The notes under the pieces: model-generated
The model's database searches: none
Seen by the model: the letters and a program-made list of their open reading frames with translations, nothing else
Told to the model about the DNA's origin: nothing
Part shown: piece after piece, positions 1-12,350 of the stretch
Layout: every line of letters starts with the position of its first letter
Numbering within the stretch: the stretch's first letter is position 1
Origin: Trichinella spiralis
Lineage: Eukaryota
Assembly (NCBI RefSeq): GCF_000181795.1
Contig: NW_003526941.1
Span: forward strand, 4,181,218-4,245,217
Direction: 5' to 3'
Length of the DNA: 64,000 nucleotides
Made by a program: the position numbers and the translations under genes

Positions 1-1334
1 TTTGGAAAATGCACAGATGCAATCCATTATCAGTAAAAGGACAGGTTAAAAGATGTTGAACCAGGTGGTTTGTTGAAGTTTGCTGACAAGCGTTCAAAAA
101 ACGTATGACAAAAAACAGTAAGTATTGAATTTGAATTAGACAGCAAGACGATGGGCGTATTAGATATATGTACAATCTGGTAAAATCTTTAATAACAGAT
201 TACGTCATCAGCTGAGCTTTTATGGAGTTTTATTTGTTCTGGGCACCGTGATAAGTCATGTTCACATCACTTCGTTCAAAATGTGGCATCACAAACATCC
301 GTAAGTATTGAATTTGCTCCTGATTGCATTGTATACATTTTATCCATGACAGCATTACATTGACGTTAATGGAATACGATATTTCTCCTGATAGCGCTCT
401 GACAGTGACAGCTTCCCGGTTGTTCTAGTGTGGTTTCACTTATCATAAGAGTAAGAAGGAATTGATTGTAATTGTAGCAGATTTCTCTGAGTCAGTCGAG
501 CAGCGTTCATATACATCCTTACAACGTATTGTCAGTGCGCTTCCAATGTGATATGACAAAAATTAGTAAGTAGTTTTTGTTTATAATAGCTGTGGATTAT
601 GTCGTCTCATGAGGCCTGTCCTGATGCCAACCAGTGTTCACCTGTAAATAATGGCGTTTTCTAGCCGTCCCAGTGTGCCTTTGCTTATCACAAATAATAA
701 GAAAGAATTTGTGATAGCAATCAAATACGTTAAATCAATATAACCAGTATGTAGCTTGGCAAACTGGCATTTCCGTTTAGTCGCAGCCGCTGCCACTCAA
801 ATTGCGTTTCCTATGGTTTCGATGTTTGTCCTTGTCACATAGGGTAAGGAAGAATTAAGTAAGCTTTAATGTTTAAGTGCGTGAATATGGGAGCCGCATC
901 GTGATTGCCCCCATCGAATATGGTAAGAATTTTTATTTTTTCTTCAAATTTTGTAAACTCAAAAAACGAAGTGAACGAATTCATCTTCAATTACTTTTTA
1001 TAATATGACTGTTTCATATCAACTGCATATTATAACTAATATTGTATACTTTACAGATTTGTATATTGTATATTTTACAAAGATCATTATTTCCACATGA
1101 TAGCAATAAATTACGTCTTCACTAATCACCTGCGCTCCTAATTGCTGCAGTATGGCTCCCTTTGCTTATAAATTGCAATATTGTGCGCATATTGTATTTT
1201 TTTTTCAATTTTTCAAGTCAGTCTACTGAATTTCAGTGCTTGATTTCAGAATCCTTTTTGTCCTTGTATAGGTAATTCAAGTGAATTTTAATTTTAGATC
1301 TGCATTTATAGAAATGCTAGATAGTAATTTGCGT

Positions 1335-1845
1335 ACAGGTAAGGTGGTGTTGAGGTAAGTGGAGTAACGGTTTCACAGCGTAGAGGTATGTGTAATGCAG
1401 GTAAGTAGCGTCAAAGTACGATAGCGTAGAGGTAAGTGGATAGAAGGTAAGTACGATAGCGTAGAGGTAAGTGGATAGAAGGTAAATAACAATAGCGTAG
1501 AGGTAAGTGGATAGAATGTAAGTACTACAGCATGTGTAATGCAGGTAAGTTGCGTCATAGTAAGTGTATAGAGTAATGGTAAGTGGATAATATGAAAGTA
1601 CCATACCGTATACGTAAGTGGTATTAAAGCAATGTACGATAGCGTATAGGTAAGTCGGATATACGGAAAGTACGATAGCGTACTATGTAAGTGGCGTAAC
1701 AACGGTGAAGTAGCGATCGCATAGATGTCAGCTGCATATAAGGANNNNNNNNNNATATATATGAAGGTGATTACTGCATAGGTGAAGGTAAGTGGTATGA
1801 AGGTGAGCATTGTAAAGTATATGTAAAGAGTGAAGGTAAATGTAC
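1335..1845 (+). repeat. Degenerate minisatellite (35-bp unit GTACGATAGCGTAGAGGTAAGTGGATAGAAGGTAA; subunits carry AGGTAAGT); left arm of a foldback-like structure
   Basis: Near-identical units start at 1416 and 1451 (period 35), with degenerate copies on both sides. There is a short N gap at ~1745. Confidence 0.85.
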
Positions 1846-1869
1846 TTGTAAATAGAAATTACAAATTTT

Positions 1870-2375
1870 AAGCCTCAGGCGATTTGTTTAATGAAATATG
1901 CAAATTTTTAATCACCTATGGGTAATATGCAAATTTTTATTTGCCCTCAGGCTACGCCTGGGGCTATGCCTCAGGCAAAATTCTGAAAATTTCGAATTTT
2001 TTAAAATATAGCCCCAGGCTTTACCCTCAGGCTACGCCCCAGGGCAAATAAAAATTTGCATATTCCCGCAGGCTATCCCCCAGGCAATTTTTAGCACAAT
2101 ATTTGCCCTAAGGAAGGTTTTATGCAAATTTTTAATCGCCTCAGGGTAATATGCAAATTTTTTTTGCCCTCAGGCTACGCCTGGGGCTATGCCTCAGGCA
2201 ATTTTTTGAAAATTTCAAAATTTTTTGAAATTTAGCCCCAGGCGTCGCCTCAGGCTATGCCCCAGGGCAAATAAAAATTTGCATATTCTCGCAGGCTACG
2301 CCCAAAGCATTTTATTGCGCAATATTTGCCTTCAGGAGATATAAAAATTTGCATATTACCCCTAAGCGGTTAAAA
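1870..2375. repeat. Two tandem ~224-bp internally palindromic units (core of the foldback-like structure)
   Basis: 1898-2113 and 2122-2338 are near-identical direct copies. Each holds inverted repeats (AATATGCAAATTTTTATTTGCCCT...AGGGCAAATAAAAATTTGCATATT; GCCTGGGGCTA...TAGCCCCAGGC). Confidence 0.9.
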
Positions 2376-2439
2376 GTAGGGCTTTTTCTACTTCCCTACT
2401 CCCGTACTTGCAATTCCAAACTTACCTGTTCTGTAATAC

Positions 2440-3475
2440 CTGGACTCTCCACTTACACTTACCTGTACTTTAACGTACATTTTAGAGCATCTTACTTACC
2501 TTTTTATCCACTTACCTCTACGCTATCGTAGTTACCTTTTAACCACTTACCCTCTACCCTATCGTACTTTTCCCTTTTATCCACTTACCTACTACGCTAT
2601 CGCACTTTTCCTTTTTATCCACTTTACCTCTACGNNNNNNNNNNNNNNNNNNNNNNNNNNNNNNNNNNNNNNNNNNNNNNNNNNNNNNNNNNNNNNNNNN
2701 NNNNNNNNNNNNNNNNNNNNNNNNNNNNNNNNNNNNNNNNNNNNNNNNNNNNNNNNNNNNNNNNNNNNNNNNNNNNNNNNNNNNNNNNNNNNNNNNNNNN
2801 NNNNNNNNNNNNNNNNNNNNNNNNNNNNNNNNNNNNNNNNNNNNNNNNNNNNNNNNNNNNNNNNNNNNNNNNNNNNNNNNNNNNNNNNNNNNNNNNNNNN
2901 NNNNNNNNNNNNNNNNNNNNNNNNNNNNNNNNNNNNNNNNNNNNNNNNNNNNNNNNNNNNNNNNNNNNNNNNNNNNNNNNNNNNNNNNNNNNNNNNNNNN
3001 NNNNNNNNNNNNNNNNNNNNNNNNNNNNNNNNNNNNNNNNNNNNNNNNNNNNNNNNNNNNNNNNNNNNNNNNNNNNNNNNNNNNNNNNNNNNNNNNNNNN
3101 NNNNNNNNNNNNNNNNNNNNNNNNNNNNNNNNNNNNNNNNNNNNNNNNNNNNNNNNNNNNNNNNNNNNNNNNNNNNNNNNNNNNNNNNNNNNNNNNNNNN
3201 NNNNNNNNNNNNNNNNNNNNNNNNNNNNNNNNNNNNNNNNNNNNNNNNNNNNNNNNNNNNNNNNNNNNATACCTACCTTCACCCTATAGACTACTCACCT
3301 TTCACATTTATACTTACCTTCACCCTATAGACTACTTACCTTCACATTTATACTTACCTTCACCCTATAGACTACTTACCTTCACATTTATACTTACCTT
3401 CTCAATTGTACTTACCTTCACACCTATTCTTACCTGACTATTACCTACCTTTACTATTAGACTACTTACCCATTT
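2440..3475 (-). repeat. Reverse-complement minisatellite arm (TATCCACTTACCTCTACGCTATCGTA units, then 40-bp TACTTACCTTCACCCTATAGACTACTTACCTTCACATTTA x~3), interrupted by an assembly gap
   Basis: 2496-2634 is the reverse complement of the 35-bp unit at 1416-1486. 3269-3400 has a 40-bp period. Confidence 0.85.
2635..3268. other. Assembly gap (N run)
   Basis: Continuous Ns between two repeat blocks. Confidence 1.
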
Positions 3476-6400
3476 TTCTTCATACTTCATACTTATAATT
3501 CATTAGTTCATATTTCATACTCATTCATACTACTTCATACCTAAACTAAAACCTTGAACACTGGTAACAAACAATTGCAAATGGATATCTGAAAAGCAAA
3601 GCTATAAAAACCTGAAAAACTAAAACAACAAAATTTACACTAATTTCATAGTATATAAAAGTACAATGTACATACGTCGACAAACTGAGCGGCATGAACT
3701 GGTGGTAGTGCTTTGTGACGACGTATTTATCGACGTGATTAGAACTCTTTGTAAAAGAACCACATGTTCAATAACGCATAGTAACCAAAAAATGGAATTT
3801 CATTCATCTAAATCTAAAATTTGATTCTGAAAATATTTGCAAAACAAGTGTGCTAAAAAGTAAATAATATTAAACTGATATAAAACAGCCACATTATAAA
3901 AAATTGAAGACAAATAACAGTGCATCGTTGTTCCTTAATTACTAAGCAATAATTACTAAGTATACAAATTTGCAGAAAAATTACTTGTTACATTTGGTTG
4001 TCATTCAGGATGCAGTTGCGCGCTAAAACACTCAAACATTCTTAGTCTGTGATAAGCCACATTACAGTGTGACCGCTGTCACTCAAAGTAAACGAAACCT
4101 CTACTTACTAATTTGTCATATCACTTTGGTCATATCATGGCAATGATGGCAATTCACACTACCAAATTTGTAGAATATACACGGGCATCAGCGCAATTCG
4201 ACTGTATTGACAATATCTGCAACTAATACAAATCTTTTTACTTTTACAATAAGGGAAACCACACTGATTCCTGTATCATTACTGGGTAACACCATTACGC
4301 CGCTTCTAATTTCTAATGACGCAGAGCGCCATCAGTATGAATAGTAAAAATGTTGATGATGTAATCCATAACTATAATGGCCAAAAGCTGTACTTACTTA
4401 TTTTCTGATGCCACATTTAGAACGCATTGATGTAAACTTGATACACCATGTTGGCCAGAGCGACAAGAATAAGAAAACGCTTCGATTATGATGACGCCCT
4501 CTGCTAAATTCAATAACAAGCAGCATACAGTATCAAATATAAGTAGAATTAGAAATCATTAATAATAGTAACAGACTATGGAATAATAATAACTCAATTA
4601 CTGATTTTTGTCATGCATATCCTTCCCAAATGGTAGTTAGGGTTTCCTCCACAGTGCACAAAAAAGAAGTATAACAAACATCATTGAAAAAGTTCCACTG
4701 CATTTGCATAACCCATTGCTATAATATACTGCATCAAATTCATTCTTACTCTGAAGATGAAGTAAACCAGAAAGCGGAACTGTAGAGACACATGACTGTT
4801 CACGGTAGAAACAGAGCAATTGTTAAACTAAAAAAAAGTAATAAATACCACAAAGAAATAAAACATTCGATTACAAAATTTCTGAAAAGTAAATAAGAGT
4901 GTTCTATAAACAGAATATCTATTTTTGTCTGTCATGCATTGTAGTAAATATACATCTACATCTAAAAAGTTACATTGACCATACATAGTTACCTAGTTAG
5001 CATAGTTACCATATTTAATTAGTCTTCAGAATCTGGTTGTTTCACATTCACCACATAAAACAATGTCCATTCTGAAAGGAAATTATATCACACAATAAAA
5101 AACAAAAAATACCAATTTCTTCTTCAGCATGTGATGTACCTGAAAGTTAGCAATAACAACAATAGAAAAGAAACCCGTCAGTTTCCATTCACCATATAAG
5201 TAACATGCATAGCATGCCACCACCAAACTAACAAATCGAACTTACCAGTTATTCATGGATGGTGTTGAAGAGCGGAATTATAGTTGACCACGTGCTAAAT
5301 TGATAGCATTGCAGTGAACTGAATAACCTAATGTAACCGAAGTTCTCTGATTAAATGTATAATACTAAGTAAATTATGCAAATGACTATTTACTTTGCCT
5401 CAGGAAGAACAACCCAATTTTCCATCAGTAATAGCGCAGTAAAATGAACATTATGAGCAACATTATGAAACGAGACGATGAAATTTATTACGTTTTTATT
5501 TACACACTTCCTATTACTACGTAATATTGCATTGTTATGCAAATTTCTTCCCTAAAATTACCTAAAACGAAAAGTTATTAACATAAAGCATCGCAAATTA
5601 CTAAAAATAAACGGAAATGTTATCACTGCGTATTTATGCATGTTGTGTAATTTAGTTGCTTGAAAGTACAAGGTGATTCAATAATTTATATTTTATCAAT
5701 GCTTTTCTTCTAATCAAAATTACATGGATAATTTTAAATAGCTCCCACTGAAAATAGTTGCGAAAATAAAATACTTTTTCAGATTTATGGAAAATTAAAC
5801 ATTTGTCATGAAATTTTGTAATATGCAGTTTATCTCAGTACAGAAGTCAACAAGTGCGCAGCGTAGACATCATGGTGGTAAGCGGCTGCTCCAGGGGGTA
5901 TGCCGCTTGACAGCTCATCTCCACATTCGTTTGCGTCTTATGATAATTTATAGCAAGACAGCATACTTGGTTGAGCACTGCATCAGCGCGCTTCATGCAA
6001 TGTGAAAAAAAACCCTAATCGCAGAAATTCAGTAACTGAGCGATTCGCAATGAATTCAAGAAACTTATGCGGGTGACAATTCTCTATTGCATTTTATGAA
6101 AAGAATAAAACAAAAGAATCACGAGTAGCCTGGAATTGGTTATATTGCTAGTCGATAGGAATTATGAGAAATTAGATTTATATGAGATCAAAACAGTGGA
6201 GTGCTCATGAATCAGCTCGAAATAGGGGGTGGGCAGAATTTTCAGTTGAATGCGATTTCTGTTCAGGTTAGGATTATTACGAGTACAATGATGGGGATCA
6301 TTAGACAGGAAAGGAGGAGGGGAGAGCATAGCAGGAAGGAATGAGGGAGAAGTTCAGGGATGGAGGAGGTGGAAGGTGTCAGATACGTTCTTCCACTCAA

Positions 6401-8672
6401 TCTTCACGTATAATATTCAGGCGGTGTTTCATTTATCAATACTGACAACATTGATGGGCGTTGAGTTATTTTCTCAATAACAGAAAATAGGTGCATCTGT
6501 ATAAGTCAGTGCTATTGGCGGTACAATGACATAATAAAAACTTTAAGGAGTCATTTCAAAAATGACGGGAACGTTACTGCCATTCTGAAAGTATCAAAGG
6601 AGGTAGTATAAAAGTGTTTTCTCTAGCTAACAGCAGCTTTCCTATGTCATGCTGAAACAACCTTGTGCACGATTTGAGAAGTGACAAGCATTTAAGGGTG
6701 CGATTGTGCGACTGCAGTATCCCGGTGACAGACATTTCCTTTAAACAATTGGGAAAGTATGTTACCTTACCAATAAACATTACAGTGGGCAGTAAAGATA
6801 ATGCGGGAAGGGTTCAGCTGCTATGTCAGAGTACTAATTTAAAAATGGATTTGTATGGACTATTGAAAATTACAGCAAAATATACCATTAGTACTATTAT
6901 ATAATGGCTTGGCCGTAATAGTCTCGAATATTAATTGAATATCATTACTGAAGAACAATGCGGTAGTTTCCATTTAAAAAGACTAAAACCAAACAACTAC
7001 GAAAAGCTTAAAAAGCGCGCATGTTTAGTGCAGTGTGCCAAGAGAAAGAAAGAAAACATTGTATGAAAAATAGCAAATATATGAAAATTCATACCTGTCA
7101 GAGATGACGTATAAAGCAAACGTAGAGTCATACATTTTGTAACTGATGTTCGTGGTTTCTTCATATTTTTTGTCGAACAATCACAACGTAATTGTTGCAG
7201 TGAAGCATCGAAATGACCAAATAACACAATGCAGTAAGTAATTAGATCGCCCTTCAGCAGCGAACATTTATACTATAGTGCAGTTCTCTCGATGAACAGA
7301 AATTTGTATAATGAAAATTGCTTCCGCATTTGAATGGCACAAAGTGCACGTAGCCTTATGCCAACGGCACTGTTTACCATCACATTAGCATAAAGTTAGT
7401 CTGCTGACCTAGAAATATATGTATTCTTTGAAAACGTATAACAATGTAATGAGCCAACACCAAAGATTATAATAATTGCTGAACAACAACAAAATCCTGA
7501 ATATGTTACAGATCAAAGCCACTATCTATCACAAATAATATTGTGGCGTAAATTAAAGAAGTATAAAATAGTGTCGTCTTACGTTAATGGGGCTGCACTG
7601 GCACGATAATAATATGTCGCCATATTCAGAAAAATTCATTCATTAATTTGAAGGAACTGATTGCTTAGTGAACATTTCAATCAGACTTCTTTGATCAACC
7701 ACTTTGAAAAGAAGAAAAATGAATGCAAAAAACAGAATGGCAAAACATATAATAATACGAATCGTATGCAAATTTAAGGTGGTTCATCAAAATGTACATT
7801 AATGCTAAGTACAGTACCAAAACAAAAAATTGTATTAGACATAACACGCCTTCACATGTTTGAACTTTATATACGAAAAATCTAGAATGACCTGCACAAA
7901 CCGAACTCATTGCAAAATGCTCTCCATCGAAATACATAAGCATAGTGGTTGCATGCGCTGACAAACAAAATTTTTAAATGGAATAGAAATGGAAAATATA
8001 CTTAGAGAGCTCTCTGTGTGGAAAACAATATTTTGCTGATTTGTGGAGCAGAAAACACTGAGAGATTAATACTATTCGATATGTATTGCCCACAAAAAAA
8101 TTCATCGTCACGCAGAATAGCAACTGAAATGTTCGTCGTATTGTACAGTTATACCTAGAAGCCTGAGTTTAACAGCAAATCGGAATGCCACCATTTTGAA
8201 ACAGCTCAGCAATGAACTATACATTTATAAGGGAAATTTTTGTTTTGCAAGTCTTTCAAATTTCTGTGCTTACTAAAATCAAAAAGTACGTAACTACTTA
8301 AACATACATGAATTCATCAAAAATACCAAAAGAATTTTTTAATATCAAAGTGTTACCTTGATGCAGTTTTTTTCATTTTTCGTCTTGTCACGCACCGCTA
8401 CAATCAATGGAATATCACACAAATGAAATACTGACCACGGATACAGCATTCGCCTTTCAATTATTGGCGTTATAACCTTGTTATCAGTGATTTGACAATC
8501 ATCTTTCTGCATATTTTGTCATTTTTAATTATTAATAATATTCCAATGATTTTAATCCAGAAATATACTTATAGAAATTTTACTGCTTTCCATAAGTTTA
8601 GAAACTGAATTATATTTAACAGGTATACAAGTCGAAATGAACGAAATTAAATTTGCATATAGGCCAATTTAC

Positions 8673-11071
8673 TCAATACATTTTACTCTGCTTAATCAAA
8701 TATTGCCGTAGTGCTTGTTGTTGTTGCCTGAAGGAACGGTTCTTCCTTTTCAAAGCTGATTTATGCTTCACCATAGGAAAAGCTTTCAGTTTCGCCACTT
8801 GCTTCTTATTACGACCCACGTGAGTTCCCTTTGACTTCTGCTTGGTATACCTGCCCGCATCACGACCCGCTTCAGCAGAAGCTTTTCTCGCTTGCCGATC
8901 CTGTTTCGGCTTTTTCACCAAAAATTCAATATCGGCAAGCTTTGCCGGTCGATTTTTGTGATCAATGCTTTCAACTGAAATGAAACTTTGCCATCCGATT
9001 ATGAAATAAATACTTTGCACGTTGCCTTATTAAAATGGAAAGCACAACAAACTTTGTAAATCGGATAACTGCTTTTTCTTAGACGGTGGCAGCACTTCTT
9101 TTATTGCTTGAGCGGCGGCAATTTTTTCAAAATCGTTGTCACTCAAAATTCTGCTACCAGATACAATTTCAGCTTTCTTCAATGCAGACAATGCCCCTTC
9201 CTCTGTTCCACTTGTATCATCGTCGTTCTCCATATGACAATCATCACTGTCACTATCGCAGGTGTCACTGTCCATAATATCGCATGGTTGGTTTTTCATT
9301 TTTGCTTAATGAATAAAAAAAATATTTCTGTATATGTATAAAATTAAATAAATAACATTATAATATTGAAATTGTAAAAAAGGAAAGAAATGAATAAAAT
9401 ATGATAGGTGGAATAGAAAAAAATACTGGTCATAAATGAATTTAAAATGAGAATAAAATTTCATTTATGCTTACATTTTGCAGTTTTCTGATCGATAGCG
9501 GGGTTGTGGTTCATGTTGCCATGATCGACAAGCAAACATTCAGCTCCTTGAACACAGGTCACAGCATCGCTTGCTCCGTATGGAGCAGCTAGTCGATGAT
9601 CGTCTTCGCCACTGTAGTCGTCGTTCACTACGGCAGTTCGCCTACCTCGGTCACGTTTGGCCAAAGCTTTTGGATTTATGCGCCGAAAAAGATGTATCAA
9701 AGATCTGGCACCGACTTGGACATTTTTGTTCTTGTACTTTTTGTATTCGGACAAATCGCGCATCAATTCGTCGGATATAGCCAGCGGGCAATTGGCCACC
9801 ACCTCACGGATGGCGTTCAAGCCGACCGCTATAGCTTCGCTGCTGTTTCTGTCGGTGATGAAATTCTGCGCAATCACACGAACCAAAACACCTATCACGT
9901 CCGGCGGCACGAGGTCGTGGGATGCGTGAGCGGCGAATAGTAAAATTTTCGTAATATCCCGCTGCTTGGGATTGAGGTAGCGGTGCAAGAATGGATAAAA
10001 GTTGAGCAACAGCAATCGATGAGTCATAATCAAGCGGCTGATCAGAGCCATACGCAAAAGGCGTACTTCGAAACGATCGCGGCCAGTGATCAAACGGTGA
10101 TAAAGCCGTTCGGCAAAATCTTGCGCATCGCGTAGCATCAAAATTGCAGCCGAATTCAAATGATCCGCACGAGCAGCTCTGGACTGTTTGGCTCGTCTCT
10201 TGCGCAGCTCAGCTTTCGCCTTTTCGATCAATCGAGCTCGCTTTTTCGACTTTTTGCACACACGATTGGTGAACATCATCTCTTGCAATGCCTTCAGCTT
10301 ATTATTATTATTATTATTGCTATTCTTGCCTTGGTGAGCAACATTGTCCTCGTCAACGTCGTCGTCATCTTCGCTGTCGTCGAAGTTCACATCATTGTAA
10401 GTCACATCCGAACCGAGCATGAACATCATCGACGCCACTGCTATTTTCGTCGTACCACTGAAACAGCCTTCGGCAATGGCGTTGGCCACGTTTTCATTAA
10501 ACCATATTCGCCTTCTGAACAATTCGGTCAAAATTAGCAGACAAAATCTGGCGACAATGGCGCTTGAACGATTCGCTCGTTGCATGAGAATTGCCTGCAA
10601 AGTACTGTTCACTTTCGGATCACGACGTTTGGCGTTCAGTCGCTTCACTCTGCTTATCGTGGCCGTGTACAAAAAACGCCGCAATGTCTTGTCCCGACAC
10701 TTCAACAAATCCAAAAATGTATTCACCAAATCTGGCAGTGTCAGCATACGTTTTCCGTGCAGCAAAAGCAGAGCTTTGCAAATACCCAACCTCAGAGCCG
10801 GCTGTACAGTCTGAGCACTGCGAGATATCGTATCCACGAGCTGTTGAGCAAACGAATGAGCAACATCTTTGTAAAAATGAGCCGAATGACAAAGGAAAAA
10901 TACAATCTCCAACAGGCGTTCTGATTTCACCTGAGGCTGCATTTCAGCCAACGACAACAAACTCTCGAAATGACGATACTGTTCAATAAATTCATCCCTG
11001 TAAGATGCCGGATCACGAACCAGTTGTTCTTGTAGAATAGACAAATTCTGCCGCATTTTATCACTTGGCAT
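8673..11071 (-). CDS. SDAD1: Protein SDA1 homolog (60S ribosome biogenesis), 3 exons (approx. 11071-9475, 9304-~9051, ~8974-8673)
   Basis: N-terminal LQEQLVRDPASYRDEF, plus NFYPFLHRYLNPKQRDITKIL, NFITDRNSSEAIAVGLNAIRE and ARSLIHLFRRINP...KRDRGR. An acidic linker, a SRILSDNDF motif and a basic C-terminus follow. GT-AG introns keep the frame. Confidence 0.95.
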
Positions 11072-12350
11072 TGTTCCAACTATTCCACCTAAACTGGAAA
11101 GAATTTCTAATTAAAACACAACAAACAAAAATCCGAAAATCTGAAATAATAAAAACCGACCAAGAATTGAATGGAATTCAGAACTGAAAATTCAAGAGAA
11201 ATTACAAAAAGAACTAATTACGGTTTGGGCAAACATTAAGATAACAAATCAATCAGTTGTACATGATCAATCTTCATTCATCAGAATACAATAGGTAGAA
11301 AAATATATACAGACTATTAACAGAATGCATAAAATCACAAACAGACATTCCGTTAACTGAAAATTTAGGTGAACAATAATTTATTTTAAACAATAAGTTA
11401 AACTGATATTTAAATTTTTGATCGCAGTGAACTGAACTGGCATTACAAACAAATTACCATGCTAATTTATAGAACATCTAGATGCTAGAAGAAGTAGACA
11501 TTCACTGTGCTAAAAAGTTAACAATATCCATATTTACAGAACTAAATGAATCTGAATCATTATCATTAATTTTCAGCATTTTCTAATCGCTAAAACATAT
11601 AAGTTACCGACACATCAGCATTTATAAAATGAAAGCATTTTTAAATTTTAACTAAACACAAATGAAACATCATTTAATTAATATAAAATAAATAATAAAG
11701 AATCACTTACCACTTTCTTAAAAACAAAATACAACGCCAACTCAATAATCGCTGAATGCTTTAGTAATACTGTAAGTCACAGTAGAATAGATTTTCAAGT
11801 TAATGCACCAGTAAAAAGTATACATAAGTTGTATTAAATTTTGAAGTGAATACCAAAAATATAAAATATTCTTTCAACAGACGTCATTGCATAAAACGCC
11901 ATGTTCGAAATTGATTAAAATGGATTAATTGTTCAGTTGATTTCGCTGCTGCAGCAAACGCATTCTAGCTATTGCCTGAATTATAAGAGCTCAATCAGTG
12001 TTTACGTCTAGGATAAAAGGAAAGTTTGATTCCAAATTCAAATGTAAAACTGAAAATTTTTTTAACAGCATTTATCTAGGAATTCGTTTTACTAAATTCT
12101 AAAAGGGGAAAACAGAAAAAAAATGCGGCAACACAATGGGTGTGTATTTATGGATATGTATTTGCAACCGCTGAAACTGCATCCACACATTTGAGCTGAC
12201 TACTGGAATTTTCTATCATTTTTAGTGAACATCTTCTTCTGGCTTCAGTTGTCTGTAAGCAAACGATCTGATCACCTTTACTGCCATACCATACTGTTTA
12301 AAGTTCCCATAAATTTATTGCTCTGTTACTGAAGTCCAAAATTGATTATC

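Noticed and set aside
1335..2634. CRISPR-like appearance of ~35-bp repeats
   Set aside because: The units are head-to-tail with no unique spacers, there are no cas genes, and the context is eukaryotic.
1317..3282. ORFs of 60-242 aa in the repeat and gap region
   Set aside because: They are translations of minisatellite units and N runs.
9086..10989. Many plus-strand and alternate-frame ORFs overlapping SDA1
   Set aside because: They are shadow ORFs of a GC-richer coding exon and have no recognisable domains.
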